From positions 18,324 to 82,323 of the IMG/VR virus record IMGVR_UViG_3300020042_007950: a DNA stretch of 64,000 nt; one strand, given 5' to 3'. The position numbers and the translations under genes were made by a program. The notes beneath the pieces were generated by a model that had not been told where the DNA came from, did no database searches, and worked only from the letters and a program-made list of their open reading frames with translations. Shown here piece by piece: positions 19,801 to 29,900 of this stretch. Source of the stretch: a virus. Taxonomy: Duplodnaviria; Caudoviricetes. Each line of letters opens with the position of its first letter. Positions within the stretch are counted from its first letter, which is position 1.

Positions 19801-22800
19801 GGCAAACTGGGAATGAAGTTACTTGGAAAATACAAGAAGCAACTGTTCCTGTAGCACCTGTTAATCCACAAGACTACGAAGAAACTCAGCTATCGACTGG
19901 AGCAGTATTAAAACCTGCAGAAGCTGCTCAAATTGCAGCTCAATCTCAAGCTGATGCAACTAATGCTGCTATAGAAAGAGAAACAGCTATTGCTACATTA
20001 CTTGCATACAATCTTTTATTGCAGGCTTCTAAGATTCGTCCTACAGCAGAAACTGATACAACTACTCTAGAAGAATCTAAAGAAAAAATAGCTGTAATAG
20101 CTGAAAACTTAATTACTGATACTGAAGAGATCTTAGCTAACGAAGATGCTCTGCAAAAAGAAATGAAAGACATGTCAAAGACGGCAGGTCTGAGCATGGA
20201 TGAACTTCGATATCAAGTAGAGTTAATCAAACAAGACCTTCAAGAGCTTGATGAGGTTCTTGCAATGGAAAGAGCTGTTGCAATCGAAGCTGGCTTTAGC
20301 ATGAAAGAGTTCAAAGCTGATGCACAAGTTGCACAGTTATTAGAACTTAGAAAAAGGATGAACGAACTTCTTAAAAAGAAGATCAAAGCTCTTGGAAAAA
20401 TGAAAGCTGCTGAAAAAGCAGGTCTAAATGCTAAAGAAGAAATTGAGTTAGCTCCTACAGAGCAAGAACAGAATACTATTATTGCTGCAGCCAGTGCTAA
20501 GATTGATGAGCTACATACCGAAAGGAATAGGCTTATGCAATTATCAAATGAGTATCAGAAAATTATTGACGGTGTTTACGAAAATCAAGACGTAGATGCT
20601 GCAAAAAATTCTAAATTAGCTACTGATAGAAGAATTGCCGCTAAGAAAGGCCAAATAACAAGACAACGAAATATAATAAAAGAAGTCAATGAGCAAAGAG
20701 AACTTGAGGAACGTAATAAAAACGGTGACAGTACCGCAGGAACTAGCCCTACTCCTGAAGGGCAAGAGCCTCAAGCAGCGGATATCGACCCTACAGCAGG
20801 ACTTACGTCGGAAGGGGTGGATGGCTCCATCACCGATGAAGAAGCCGAAGCTATAAGAAAAGCAAAAGAAGAAGCTTTACTTGCTGAAGATGTGCTAAGA
20901 ATGGGTACAGGTGGTCCTGTATTTGAAGCTCCTACTGAAGATCCAGCTGCCCCAAAAGCAATTGTGTCTGGAGAAGCTAATGATATTCAATTAGCAAAAG
21001 GAACCGTTGTTAAAAAGGATGGAAAAGTTTTAGTAGACCTTAATGGCCAGACTAGAACTGAAGCCCCTAAAAAAGATATGCCAGGCTATGACCCAGCTCT
21101 ACGTGGGCAAATGAGTCAGGAAATTGAAGGATCTACTGTAATAATGTTCCCACATCATTTGACTAGTTCAGAAATAGTTCCAGTTGGAACTACGTTAGAT
21201 TTAATTGTACAACCAGATACTACTTGGTTTAAAACCCAGATACCTGCAGATGTAGCCAACGACCCAGAAAAGTTTAAAGAATGGATGATGACTACTGGTT
21301 GGAAAAATGTTCCAATCTATGCAGCTCTTCCTGATGGTACACGTCTTCAACTATTGACTAAACATAACGATAGTAGCCCAGAAGGATTTAAAGGAAGCAA
21401 ACGTCGTGAAATTGTACAGCACTTCTTAGATGGATTTACTCCTACTGCAGAAGTTCTAGCTAAGTTCAATGATAGTTCTGAGATAAGTAACGCTAGAACT
21501 AACACAGGAAAAGTGTTCTTCTACCCTGTGACTAAAATCACAAAGCAACCTACTCCAACATTATTCTATGTAGGTAGTGAGAATGGAGATCTAGTTTGGA
21601 AAGTGATGTACGATTCTGAAGAAGGTAATGCAGAAGTTATTGCAACTGGATCTCGTCCATTCCCTCGTGACCCTAATGACCCAGAATCTAAAGGAGTTAC
21701 TCCAGGACAAATTGCTGTATTAGTTGAGTCTCCAGACGGTACTCCTGTAATGGTTATGGCCAGTACAAAGGATATAGATACAAGAGGTGCAACAGCTGCT
21801 CTTAACCATATCACCAAGGAAATTCCTGAAGCATATAAGTATGCTCAAATAGTAGGTTGCAACTTACTTGAGGTAGAAGCTCAATCAGAGTCAGATGAAG
21901 TGGCAGTAACAGACAAGTCTATTGCAGAAGAACTTAAACGTACTGAAAGCTTATCTAAGTTTATCTCTACATACCAATTAGAAGATGGGCAATCAATCTT
22001 TATATTCTATTCTAAATCTGCAAACAGCCTTGTAAAAATAAATGCTAGTGAGATGAAGGCAGCATTGAATGGAGGCAGACCTAGATTTAGTTTTATAGAG
22101 TCTGAAGTTAACGACCAAGGCTTTATTAAATTCACTGCTGTTAAAAAAGAAGGTGCAGACTATGCAGCTGCAGAGAATAATATTGGCAATGAGTTTAAGG
22201 AAGCTACGATGTCTAAAAAATATCAAGTAGATAAATTTAAATTTGGAGTTAACGAAGATTTTACTAGTCCAATTGATGGGGTTACTTATAAATACGAAGA
22301 GGGAAAGACTCATCCTTACATGCAGTATCTCTCTGACTCTGGTCAATTTGCAGGAGAAGCTAGAACAGAAGGAGTAGGACATAACTCAATCTTAGCAGTA
22401 GATACAGTTCCAAATGCAAACGGATCTGTATTCCATGATGTTAATATGAAGTTCGGCCCAGTAGGAGTTAAGAATGCTACAGCTGAAAAAGCTGCTGACG
22501 TTGCTGCAAACTCTGTAGTAACTACTGCACTCCCTAAAACTTCTTCTACTCCAGCCGCAGCTACAGTTCCAGTAGCTCCTAGTAATGCAGTTGACATTGA
22601 GGCTTTGTTAGCAGAATCTCAAAAGCTTGTAGAAGGTAAAACAGCAGACGAACAATTCTACATCATTGGTGGAGAGTTGTACAAACGTATGACTAACGTT
22701 CTTCCTGATGGGTTTGATGGAGATTCTAGTTTATATGAAAATAGTAGAATTGCTGGTAACACTGTAGATGAGATTGTTAAAAAATTCTTTGACGAAGGTG

Positions 22801-23921
22801 ACACTACAAAACCTGAAGGAATCTCTCAAGGAGCATTTAATATGCTTATGACTAAACTGCAAACAATTAAAGCAGAGTTAGACGCTAAAGGTGGAAGATA
22901 CATAACTAGAAATCTTGTAGTATATGATAAAGAAAGTAAAGTAGCAGGAGAAATTGACATCTTAGCTGTTGATAAAGATGGTAACTACATGATCTATGAT
23001 GTTAAGACTGGGAAGTTAAAAAGTTGGGAAAGTTATTCTCGATCTTTCGGTCCAGGACAGCTTACTAAAAAAGAAAAACATCAATTTCAAGTTTCTGGGT
23101 ATGCTTATTTATTTAATAAAATGCTTGGACTTAGTGTTAAAAAATTAGGCATTATGCCGTTTGAAATAAATTACGATGCAGATGGAAACATTACATCTCT
23201 ATTTAATAGACCTGGAATTCCTGTATCGTATGCACCAAGAATTGAAAAGATGATTAAAGATGCTGGCCCAGAAGGTCCGGCACCAGTAGCTCCATCAACT
23301 CCAGCACCTACTCCAACTACACCTGCAGCTCCTGCTTCTATTGCACCAGCTCCACCTTCTACTTGGAAAGTAGGGGATACTGTAATAATTACAGCAAGTA
23401 GTAGCAAAAGAACATCTGAGGCAACTACAAAAATTGTAGGTATAAGATATGATGGAGCTTCTACAAGTTTGGACTACAAAAATCCAGCTGGGGGTGTACA
23501 AACTATTGATGCTATAGATGAAAATGGAGTTTTTACAGAAGGTAATGATATGAAATATGGCATATTTAGAACTGTTAGACTTGCTGATAATGCAATACCT
23601 GCAACTACAGCACCAGCTCCTGCATCTCCTGTTACACCAACTGTACCTGGGCCACCTGCAGCTACACCAGTAGTAGCAAGCACTGATGGACTTGTGGCTC
23701 CTAAAACAAACTCTGCATTTTTTGGAAGTAAGAAAAATGTTGTAACTTCACAACCTACAACCGGGGGGATGAAAGTAGTTTCAATGGGAGGGGGAGCAGT
23801 AGATATGAGTGCTTTACCAGATGACATGCTAGCTGCAATGGGAAATCAATCCTTAGAGAGCATGATAGCTAATTTAGATACCTCTGGAGAGAACATACAA
23901 GAAATTTGTAAACCAAAATAA
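16821..23921 (+). CDS. Giant virion cargo protein with a C-terminal PD-(D/E)xK nuclease domain
   Basis: 2366 aa. Hydrophobic Gly/Ala-rich N-terminal helices, coiled coils, VAGEIDILAVD...IYDVKT...HQFQVSGY nuclease motifs (about 22.7-23.2 kb) and Pro-rich linkers. Confidence 0.7.
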   Translation: MAESDAILNAFTNLSGKPKESFVNKSKPDGDPIKGAFESLSGGTAKLENRAPKYSNYSPLDIAGQAVDLTNVYTDPIGKYAAYNVALNPFNDWNEERAQNQSTTQKWMNGLSKAGLTTLGSVYENTVGVLAGVGSMMSGGSYYDNFVGRQVDEMNQWAQSALPNYYTKAEVNGSLVSNLATANFWADKFAGGLGYTLGSIATMWLGTGELGLSAKLGSLVAKGAQGAKIADAAGDILNVTDDLAKVAGNAAKAGSKEKILYQTIKGVEDAKSAGKGLEALDRYAKIKTATKHLAVGTQMSLAESSVEAREAKNSFIEERKAEWEASNPGQPLPADVEEAIMQSANAVGNTTFAINLPLLTATNLLMFGKAMQGARVGEKTMYDIEKKGLTAGEEWVEKAASSKFGKAYGRAQKTFGPVLKTSAEEGFQEAGQFAGSQFARNYYGEKFNDGTGDMASAMSKALSSTIGTKEGLENILIGALVGGGTGAVSRLMGAEKKLLAQKGLNTTEAIKMLNSGAIKKIIENAEQSAENLAFIKDINDANLDNEREGITKAERRQNDLKAETARMRLIHGVFAKMNGLGAIDYAMEQFDDAASMDEKEFKQAFGYDMNRTLEQQTGKTQMQIIEDTKNKMQSAIKRSEQVHNILSQFNPGTSLVAKLRDSFQTEETKKNKLIQDTVRRTYGQILTHNLLDIDTIDSRIDEQYDKLVQLAPALAKLDPEEIKYQIKVGNVELDSNGNPMFKAAASVNFKDNILKQFNEIYAAKVELDAATADEFKAELLHLRDLGIKRAGISESFKNLSRNPEQMDLYVEAQMAMQEQEQKRAAEDRARQAIEGAETADDLTDAVDPDASPEVKAAALERRAQLEQEEKAKIAQYMSMDLEDMKAIDMDSLDAMSQSALMKAMEAKTKEAQSKGLTPDQLKSEKEFKTVGGESAGLVDLSEMEQTLLDEIMVSPNGTQFNIDGRQYYMESADPVEALILDDAGEVVGVKLTDWQTGNEVTWKIQEATVPVAPVNPQDYEETQLSTGAVLKPAEAAQIAAQSQADATNAAIERETAIATLLAYNLLLQASKIRPTAETDTTTLEESKEKIAVIAENLITDTEEILANEDALQKEMKDMSKTAGLSMDELRYQVELIKQDLQELDEVLAMERAVAIEAGFSMKEFKADAQVAQLLELRKRMNELLKKKIKALGKMKAAEKAGLNAKEEIELAPTEQEQNTIIAAASAKIDELHTERNRLMQLSNEYQKIIDGVYENQDVDAAKNSKLATDRRIAAKKGQITRQRNIIKEVNEQRELEERNKNGDSTAGTSPTPEGQEPQAADIDPTAGLTSEGVDGSITDEEAEAIRKAKEEALLAEDVLRMGTGGPVFEAPTEDPAAPKAIVSGEANDIQLAKGTVVKKDGKVLVDLNGQTRTEAPKKDMPGYDPALRGQMSQEIEGSTVIMFPHHLTSSEIVPVGTTLDLIVQPDTTWFKTQIPADVANDPEKFKEWMMTTGWKNVPIYAALPDGTRLQLLTKHNDSSPEGFKGSKRREIVQHFLDGFTPTAEVLAKFNDSSEISNARTNTGKVFFYPVTKITKQPTPTLFYVGSENGDLVWKVMYDSEEGNAEVIATGSRPFPRDPNDPESKGVTPGQIAVLVESPDGTPVMVMASTKDIDTRGATAALNHITKEIPEAYKYAQIVGCNLLEVEAQSESDEVAVTDKSIAEELKRTESLSKFISTYQLEDGQSIFIFYSKSANSLVKINASEMKAALNGGRPRFSFIESEVNDQGFIKFTAVKKEGADYAAAENNIGNEFKEATMSKKYQVDKFKFGVNEDFTSPIDGVTYKYEEGKTHPYMQYLSDSGQFAGEARTEGVGHNSILAVDTVPNANGSVFHDVNMKFGPVGVKNATAEKAADVAANSVVTTALPKTSSTPAAATVPVAPSNAVDIEALLAESQKLVEGKTADEQFYIIGGELYKRMTNVLPDGFDGDSSLYENSRIAGNTVDEIVKKFFDEGDTTKPEGISQGAFNMLMTKLQTIKAELDAKGGRYITRNLVVYDKESKVAGEIDILAVDKDGNYMIYDVKTGKLKSWESYSRSFGPGQLTKKEKHQFQVSGYAYLFNKMLGLSVKKLGIMPFEINYDADGNITSLFNRPGIPVSYAPRIEKMIKDAGPEGPAPVAPSTPAPTPTTPAAPASIAPAPPSTWKVGDTVIITASSSKRTSEATTKIVGIRYDGASTSLDYKNPAGGVQTIDAIDENGVFTEGNDMKYGIFRTVRLADNAIPATTAPAPASPVTPTVPGPPAATPVVASTDGLVAPKTNSAFFGSKKNVVTSQPTTGGMKVVSMGGGAVDMSALPDDMLAAMGNQSLESMIANLDTSGENIQEICKPK

Positions 23922-23931
23922 ATAATCAACT

Positions 23932-26900
23932 ATGGCTTTTTGCCCCAATATTAATTCAAAAGAATACAAAGATCTTGCAGCTGTTCAAGGTGATGCTATT
24001 GCTCACAAACTATGGGATAAATTCCGTGGTACAGTACCAGGATTTTACTATGGGAATAAAATTAAAGGTTCTGCAATAGATACTTTGTTAAGCCCAGACC
24101 AAAAGAAAGCTTGGCTTACTTCAAGAGGGATAGAAGCAAATCTTTTTGAAACTATTGAGAAGATTGGGTCAGAAGAAGTGCATGGGTATGTAGAAAATGC
24201 AGTTGTTAATATGTGGACTAACTCTGATATTGGTACAGAATTCCACGAAGCTTACCACTTGACATTTAGAACTATGTTGTCTGAAAGTCAAAGAGAGCAG
24301 CTATATGCAGAAGCTGTTGCAAGATTTGGAGAACCGACTGCAGGAGAGATTCGATACATCAAAAGAACATTCCCAGAAATCTCTGATGAAGAAGCACGTA
24401 AAGCTGCTTTGGAAGAGAAAATGGCTGATGACTTTAAAGACTATGTGCTAACTGAAGGATACACTGAAAAAAGTTTACCTGCTAAAATTGCAAAGTTCTT
24501 TAGAGATTTGTGGAACTTCTTCAAAGGATTAGTTACAAACAACCTTAGTCTTCGTCAAGCATACTCTTTAATTGAGAGTGGTAAGATGAATTCTTCTATT
24601 CTTGGTAGAGGAGTATTCAGAAACCCAGAGAAATTTAAAGGCCCTAAGAAAGCTTATATGTACCGTCCAGAAATGGGGGATGCAATGTTTAAAGCATCGT
24701 TAGACACTATCTACACAATCTTCATGGATACTAAAAAAGATCTAGGAAGAAAATTTAGTGCACAAGTACAATTAGGTGTAAATGGAAAGAACGGTGCTAT
24801 TGTAGATCAGTTTCAAATGCAGATGTACAAAAAGGTTGATGGAACTCAGATAACTGCCGGAGAAGCTAATAGACTCTTTGAAGCTGAGATGGCAATGGAT
24901 GCTGCTACCCCGGAAACTCTTGACGATGCAGAAGCAAACATGTGGAATGTACTCGAAGAAGTTGGGGCAGAGTTTACAATGGAAGAGAACATCACTCTTC
25001 GAAATGTATTTAAAAATGTAGCATCTACATGGAATGATGTATATGATCCTGCTACAGGAAATTCAATCCAGACAGGTTGGAGAACATTCTTAGAGATTAA
25101 ACTTCGTGAGGCTGGAATCAAAATTACTAACAAAACTACAGAAACTCCTGAAGGAGAGATAGTAGAGGAAGAAGATAGAGATGACAGCTTTGATATAGAT
25201 GCTAACAACGAATTAGACCCAGCAGATTTAGATGCTCTTCAAGAAGAGATGAAGTTGATTGATGAGGGGACAATGAAAATATACAGTATGACTACTCTAC
25301 AGGAGTCTCCTTCAAAAAGATTAACGGGAAAGGTTAAGGAATTGCTGAGTACTATCAGAAATATAGAACCAAATCTTTTAGGGGTACGTTCTTATATGAA
25401 TAGAGAGGATGTGTACCAAGAGATGTTACGTGTATTTACTGGAAAACAAACTTTTGAGTCTATGCATGCAGCAATAAAAAAAGCTGCAGAATTAAAACCA
25501 GTGTTACAGCCTATAGCAAAATTCATGTCAGAATTGGATGACCGTGACTGTGCTATGCTATACACTGCATTTGCTCTTGTGAATACTGAATTCATTATGA
25601 TCAAAGATCGTATTGAAGGTAATAAAAAATTTGCAGATGTAATTAACCCTAATAGAAAGGACGTAGTAGCTGGAACAATTGACCGTTGGAAAATTCAACT
25701 TATCAGAGACGATAATGAAAATCCTAGAGCCTTATACCAAAGAAAACCGGTAATCGGTCCAGATGGTAAGCCAACCATAAATTCTGATGGAAGCCCAGTA
25801 ACATACTTAGAAGCTGATAAAACAAAAATATTAGCAGCAGCTGCCATTGTCAAAGACTTAGAAAAAGGATTGAATAAAGCTGATGCAAGAACATTTATTG
25901 TTCAAACATCTGATGGCTCTATTAACGAAACTGTAGAAAAAGTAGCAGAGTTGATGTGGGCCTTAGGGATGCACATTGGGACTGACTCTTCAAATATAGC
26001 TGAGACTAAATGGGCATTACAGTCTTTAATAAATATTGGTGTAGGAGTTAAATCCCCTAATGGATTAGTTAGAAACTACAATGGAACTGGATTACTTAAA
26101 TTACTTGCAACAGATTTAACCAAAGTATTAAAACTGTCTGCAAAGTTTACACCTTCTAGACAAAGTACTGTAGAGCAGCTTGAGACAATTACTCCAACAG
26201 CAGACTACATCAGTTTAAACAAAGCATTGATTACGGGTATTGTTAAATATTTTACCCCAATGCTTAATACAATTGGAGAAAGCTTTGTGAACAGTAAGGG
26301 TAAAGCTATGTACCCATCCAACCTTGCATCTAACATGAACGATATTGTTAACACCCTTAGTGACGGAAGTGCTGAGAGTGTTGAACTGTATAAAGAATAC
26401 ATGTCAGATCCATTCATTAATGGTGGAAACAATACCAAGTTTGCAAGTGTATTATTCAGATATTTAAAGACTCCAGGATTCTTAAAAGATTTTAAGGTAG
26501 TTGACTTTGATGCTGCTAAGAGTGGTGAAAAGGTTGACGATGCAATGTCTTACGAGGATTTCTCAAAACTTGATAACTTAGTTGTAAGGATCAATGCCTT
26601 TATCAACAATGACCCAAGATCTGAAACCTGCTTTATTGCTGTACCAGTTCAATCTGACCGTAACAAATATTCTTTTATTGAGGTACCAAGAGTCTTAGTA
26701 AACCCATATGGTATTGATAACTCTGAGGCAGACTTAATTAAAGCACAGATTGTACAAGATTTACTTCGTGTAGCAGCTGCTAAGGAGGTTGTACATACTG
26801 CAATTACAACAGGAAACTACAGTACACTGTTAGAAGGGGTACACACTGCACCAGGCAATCCTACAAAAGATGGAATTGTAAAAGACAGAAAATATTTAGG

Positions 26901-29900
26901 GACTGCTTTTAATTCAGACTTCTTTCAGTTTACTGCAAAAGACCAAGATGGAGCTGCCATAGTAACCGATGAAGTGCTTAAAGATGATAACCCTCGTTAC
27001 AATGGTGTAGAACAACTTAGTGATAAAATCAATGACTACGTAAAAGGAGAATTAACTCCTGCAGAAACTGCTGATATAGATGCTCGTCTTACCAAAATGG
27101 TTAATAAAATGAGTGACTATTTTACAAGACAGGCCCAGGCAGCGACTACTGCTTTGAAAGATGGAGGTAAAATAGGAAGCATAGGAGCAGGTTCTTTAAA
27201 TTTCTCTCAAGAGAAAGGAGCACTTGAAACTACAATGAGAGGTTTTATTATTACAGAAGCTTTAATGAGAAATGAGATTGTGAAAATGTTCCGTGGAAGC
27301 AGAGCAAATCACAAGAACTTAGAGAACTTCTACAAACGTATGGGGCACTTAACTACTCCTGGTACTCGTTTGGCTTTGCAAGGAGAGCTGTCAAATAAAA
27401 GAACTTTTATTCAAGGAGAACCTTATGGAATGATCAGAGAGTTTAATGAAGTTACAATGAGAGATTTGCATCTTGACTTGACTCCTGCACTTACTGCTCA
27501 AGGCCACGTAGCTTGTGATAACATTGCTAGAGGACTTATTAACAATGAGCTATCTAAACTAGATCCAAGTGTTAGTAACTACAAAGTTACATTTGAATAT
27601 AATGCAAAAGCTGAAGAAAAAGCCCCAGCTGTAAAAGTATCAGGTAACAATATTACAATTAATGTAGCTAACTCTAAAGGTAGAGTTTCTTCTGCAAAAA
27701 TTAATGAAGAAATAGCTGTATTATTACCAACAGCTAAGAGAGTTTTTGAAAAATCATTAGCCATTGCAGATGCATACCGTCCTGGAAAATTTGAGTCTAC
27801 AGATGCGCAAGCTTTTATTAGCATGGAAATGCATAGATACATTTCTATGGGGGAAGGCAAATGGGGGCCAGAAGAAGAAGAAGCTTACAAAGCATATAAG
27901 AAAACTGGTAAGTTTGTATACCAACCAGGATTTGTCCCTAAAGGATATAAAGAAGGAGAAGCTGTCCCTGTTACACCACATAAACCATACTATGAGGATG
28001 TACACTACGACAAAGAAAATAATATGATAAGTACTACTTCTGAAAAGAATTCGTACACTGTATTATTAAAAGAATACACAAAAGACTTTCCACACCTTGA
28101 AGATATACGTCAACGTATGGAACTTGAAGGGCAGTATGCAGGACAAGGTTTACAACCTTTACACGTATTAAATCACGTATCAGGCAAAAAGGTAGCAAAA
28201 CGTGGGGTATACCAGCATACTGGAAACATTGGGGAACTCAGCAATATGGTGTTAAATAAAAACAACTCCAAGAAACTACGTTTCCCTCAGAACATCGGGG
28301 AAATGAAACCGGACCCAAAAGTTATCATCAGCCGCCAGTTGAAAAAGAACATGATTGCTAATGTAAAAGATGAAACTATCTACGACTTAAATGCAGGACT
28401 AGGGTCTCAAGTCAGCTTGACTGGCTCTGTAATGAAGAGGTTGTACCATGCTGCTATTGAAGAAAAGCTTAGAAGAGATACAAATGCAGTAGAAGAAGAA
28501 TTAGGAATTGACAAACTTAGAGAAGCAACTGCATTAGGGGATATTGACAATCTTAAAAAAGTAAAACTAGAAGTTTTGCAAAAGGTAAGAGATATTCTAT
28601 TAAAGCAAATTGATGAAAGTGATCTTCCTTCCAACTACTCTGATGCTATCAAGATTAGCTTTGATGAGACTGGAATGCCAAGATTCTCTATTCCATTGGA
28701 CTTACCTATCTACAATAAAAAGTATGAGTCTATTATCATGTCTTTGGTTAACAATAAAGTATTTAACCAAAAGGCCAAGGGATATGATGCAGTACAGATT
28801 GCACAGATAGGTGGACATCGTGTAGACAATGCATTAAACTTTACACAAATCTCTGAAGACGGCCGTCGAGTTATTCATGCTGAGATTATGATTCGTGAAG
28901 ATATTGCTCGTGAGTTTGGAATTGAGCCTGGACAATCACTAGACGATGTACCAGAAGAGCTTCGTAGAATCATAGGTTACCGTACACCTAACTCAGATAA
29001 GTCTGCAACAATCATATTAAAGATTGCCAAGTTTCTACCTGCTAACTATCAAAAGGGAATTGTGGTGCCAGGACAGCTTATCAAGTTGATGGGATCTGAC
29101 CATGACGTCGATAAATTAACTTTACTTTTTCCTGAAGTAAAAAAGGTTGAACCGACTGAAGAGTACCCATATAAAATTCAAAAGGTACTCCCAAACTACA
29201 ACATGCTTGCAAACAACGTAGGAGCTTTATCAAACGAAGCTCTTGTAACACCAGAGATGTTAAACAACATCATCTTTGATACAGTTGAAGCAGTATACTC
29301 TAATCCTGCTCACTTCAACGAAGTGTTTGCTCCACTTGATGACACGACTCTCCCTAACCAAGCAGCTGAAATTAGAAAAGTAAAGCCTGAACTTGGAATG
29401 GCAAGTGACTGGAATGCTTGGGATACAGAATCCAATACTATTGTTCGTAGTATCAAGGGTAATAAGCTTCGTGGTATTTATGCAAACATGCTATCTGGAC
29501 GTAACGTAGCTTCTCATGGAAATGTGTCAATAAATAAAAGCCATGCTATTAAAATAATTGATGATGCAGGAAACTTAACTGAATACATTAATTATGTAAA
29601 AGAAGCACAAGGAATTCCTACAGATAGATCGGCATCTTTATTCTTATCAGCTGCTGTGGATGCATCGAACGTTCCAATTCATACTGAGTTAAATGACAAT
29701 ATGCTTACATCTAGAGTACGTGCATTGTTCATGGCATTCTACCCTGAGTACTCTTCTAAGACATGTAGCTACTTCTTAAACCAGCCTATCATTAGAGAGT
29801 TAATAGATGTATTTGAAACAAAGCATGGAGGAGATTTAAGAAAGTTAACTAAGTCTATTGATTTTATTAAAACAAAGTATAATTTAAATACTCTTATCCC

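Noticed and set aside
23270-23670. Pro/Ala/Thr-rich repeats as a DNA repeat element
   Set aside because: These are protein linker sequences; codons vary and there is no exact nucleotide tandem repeat.
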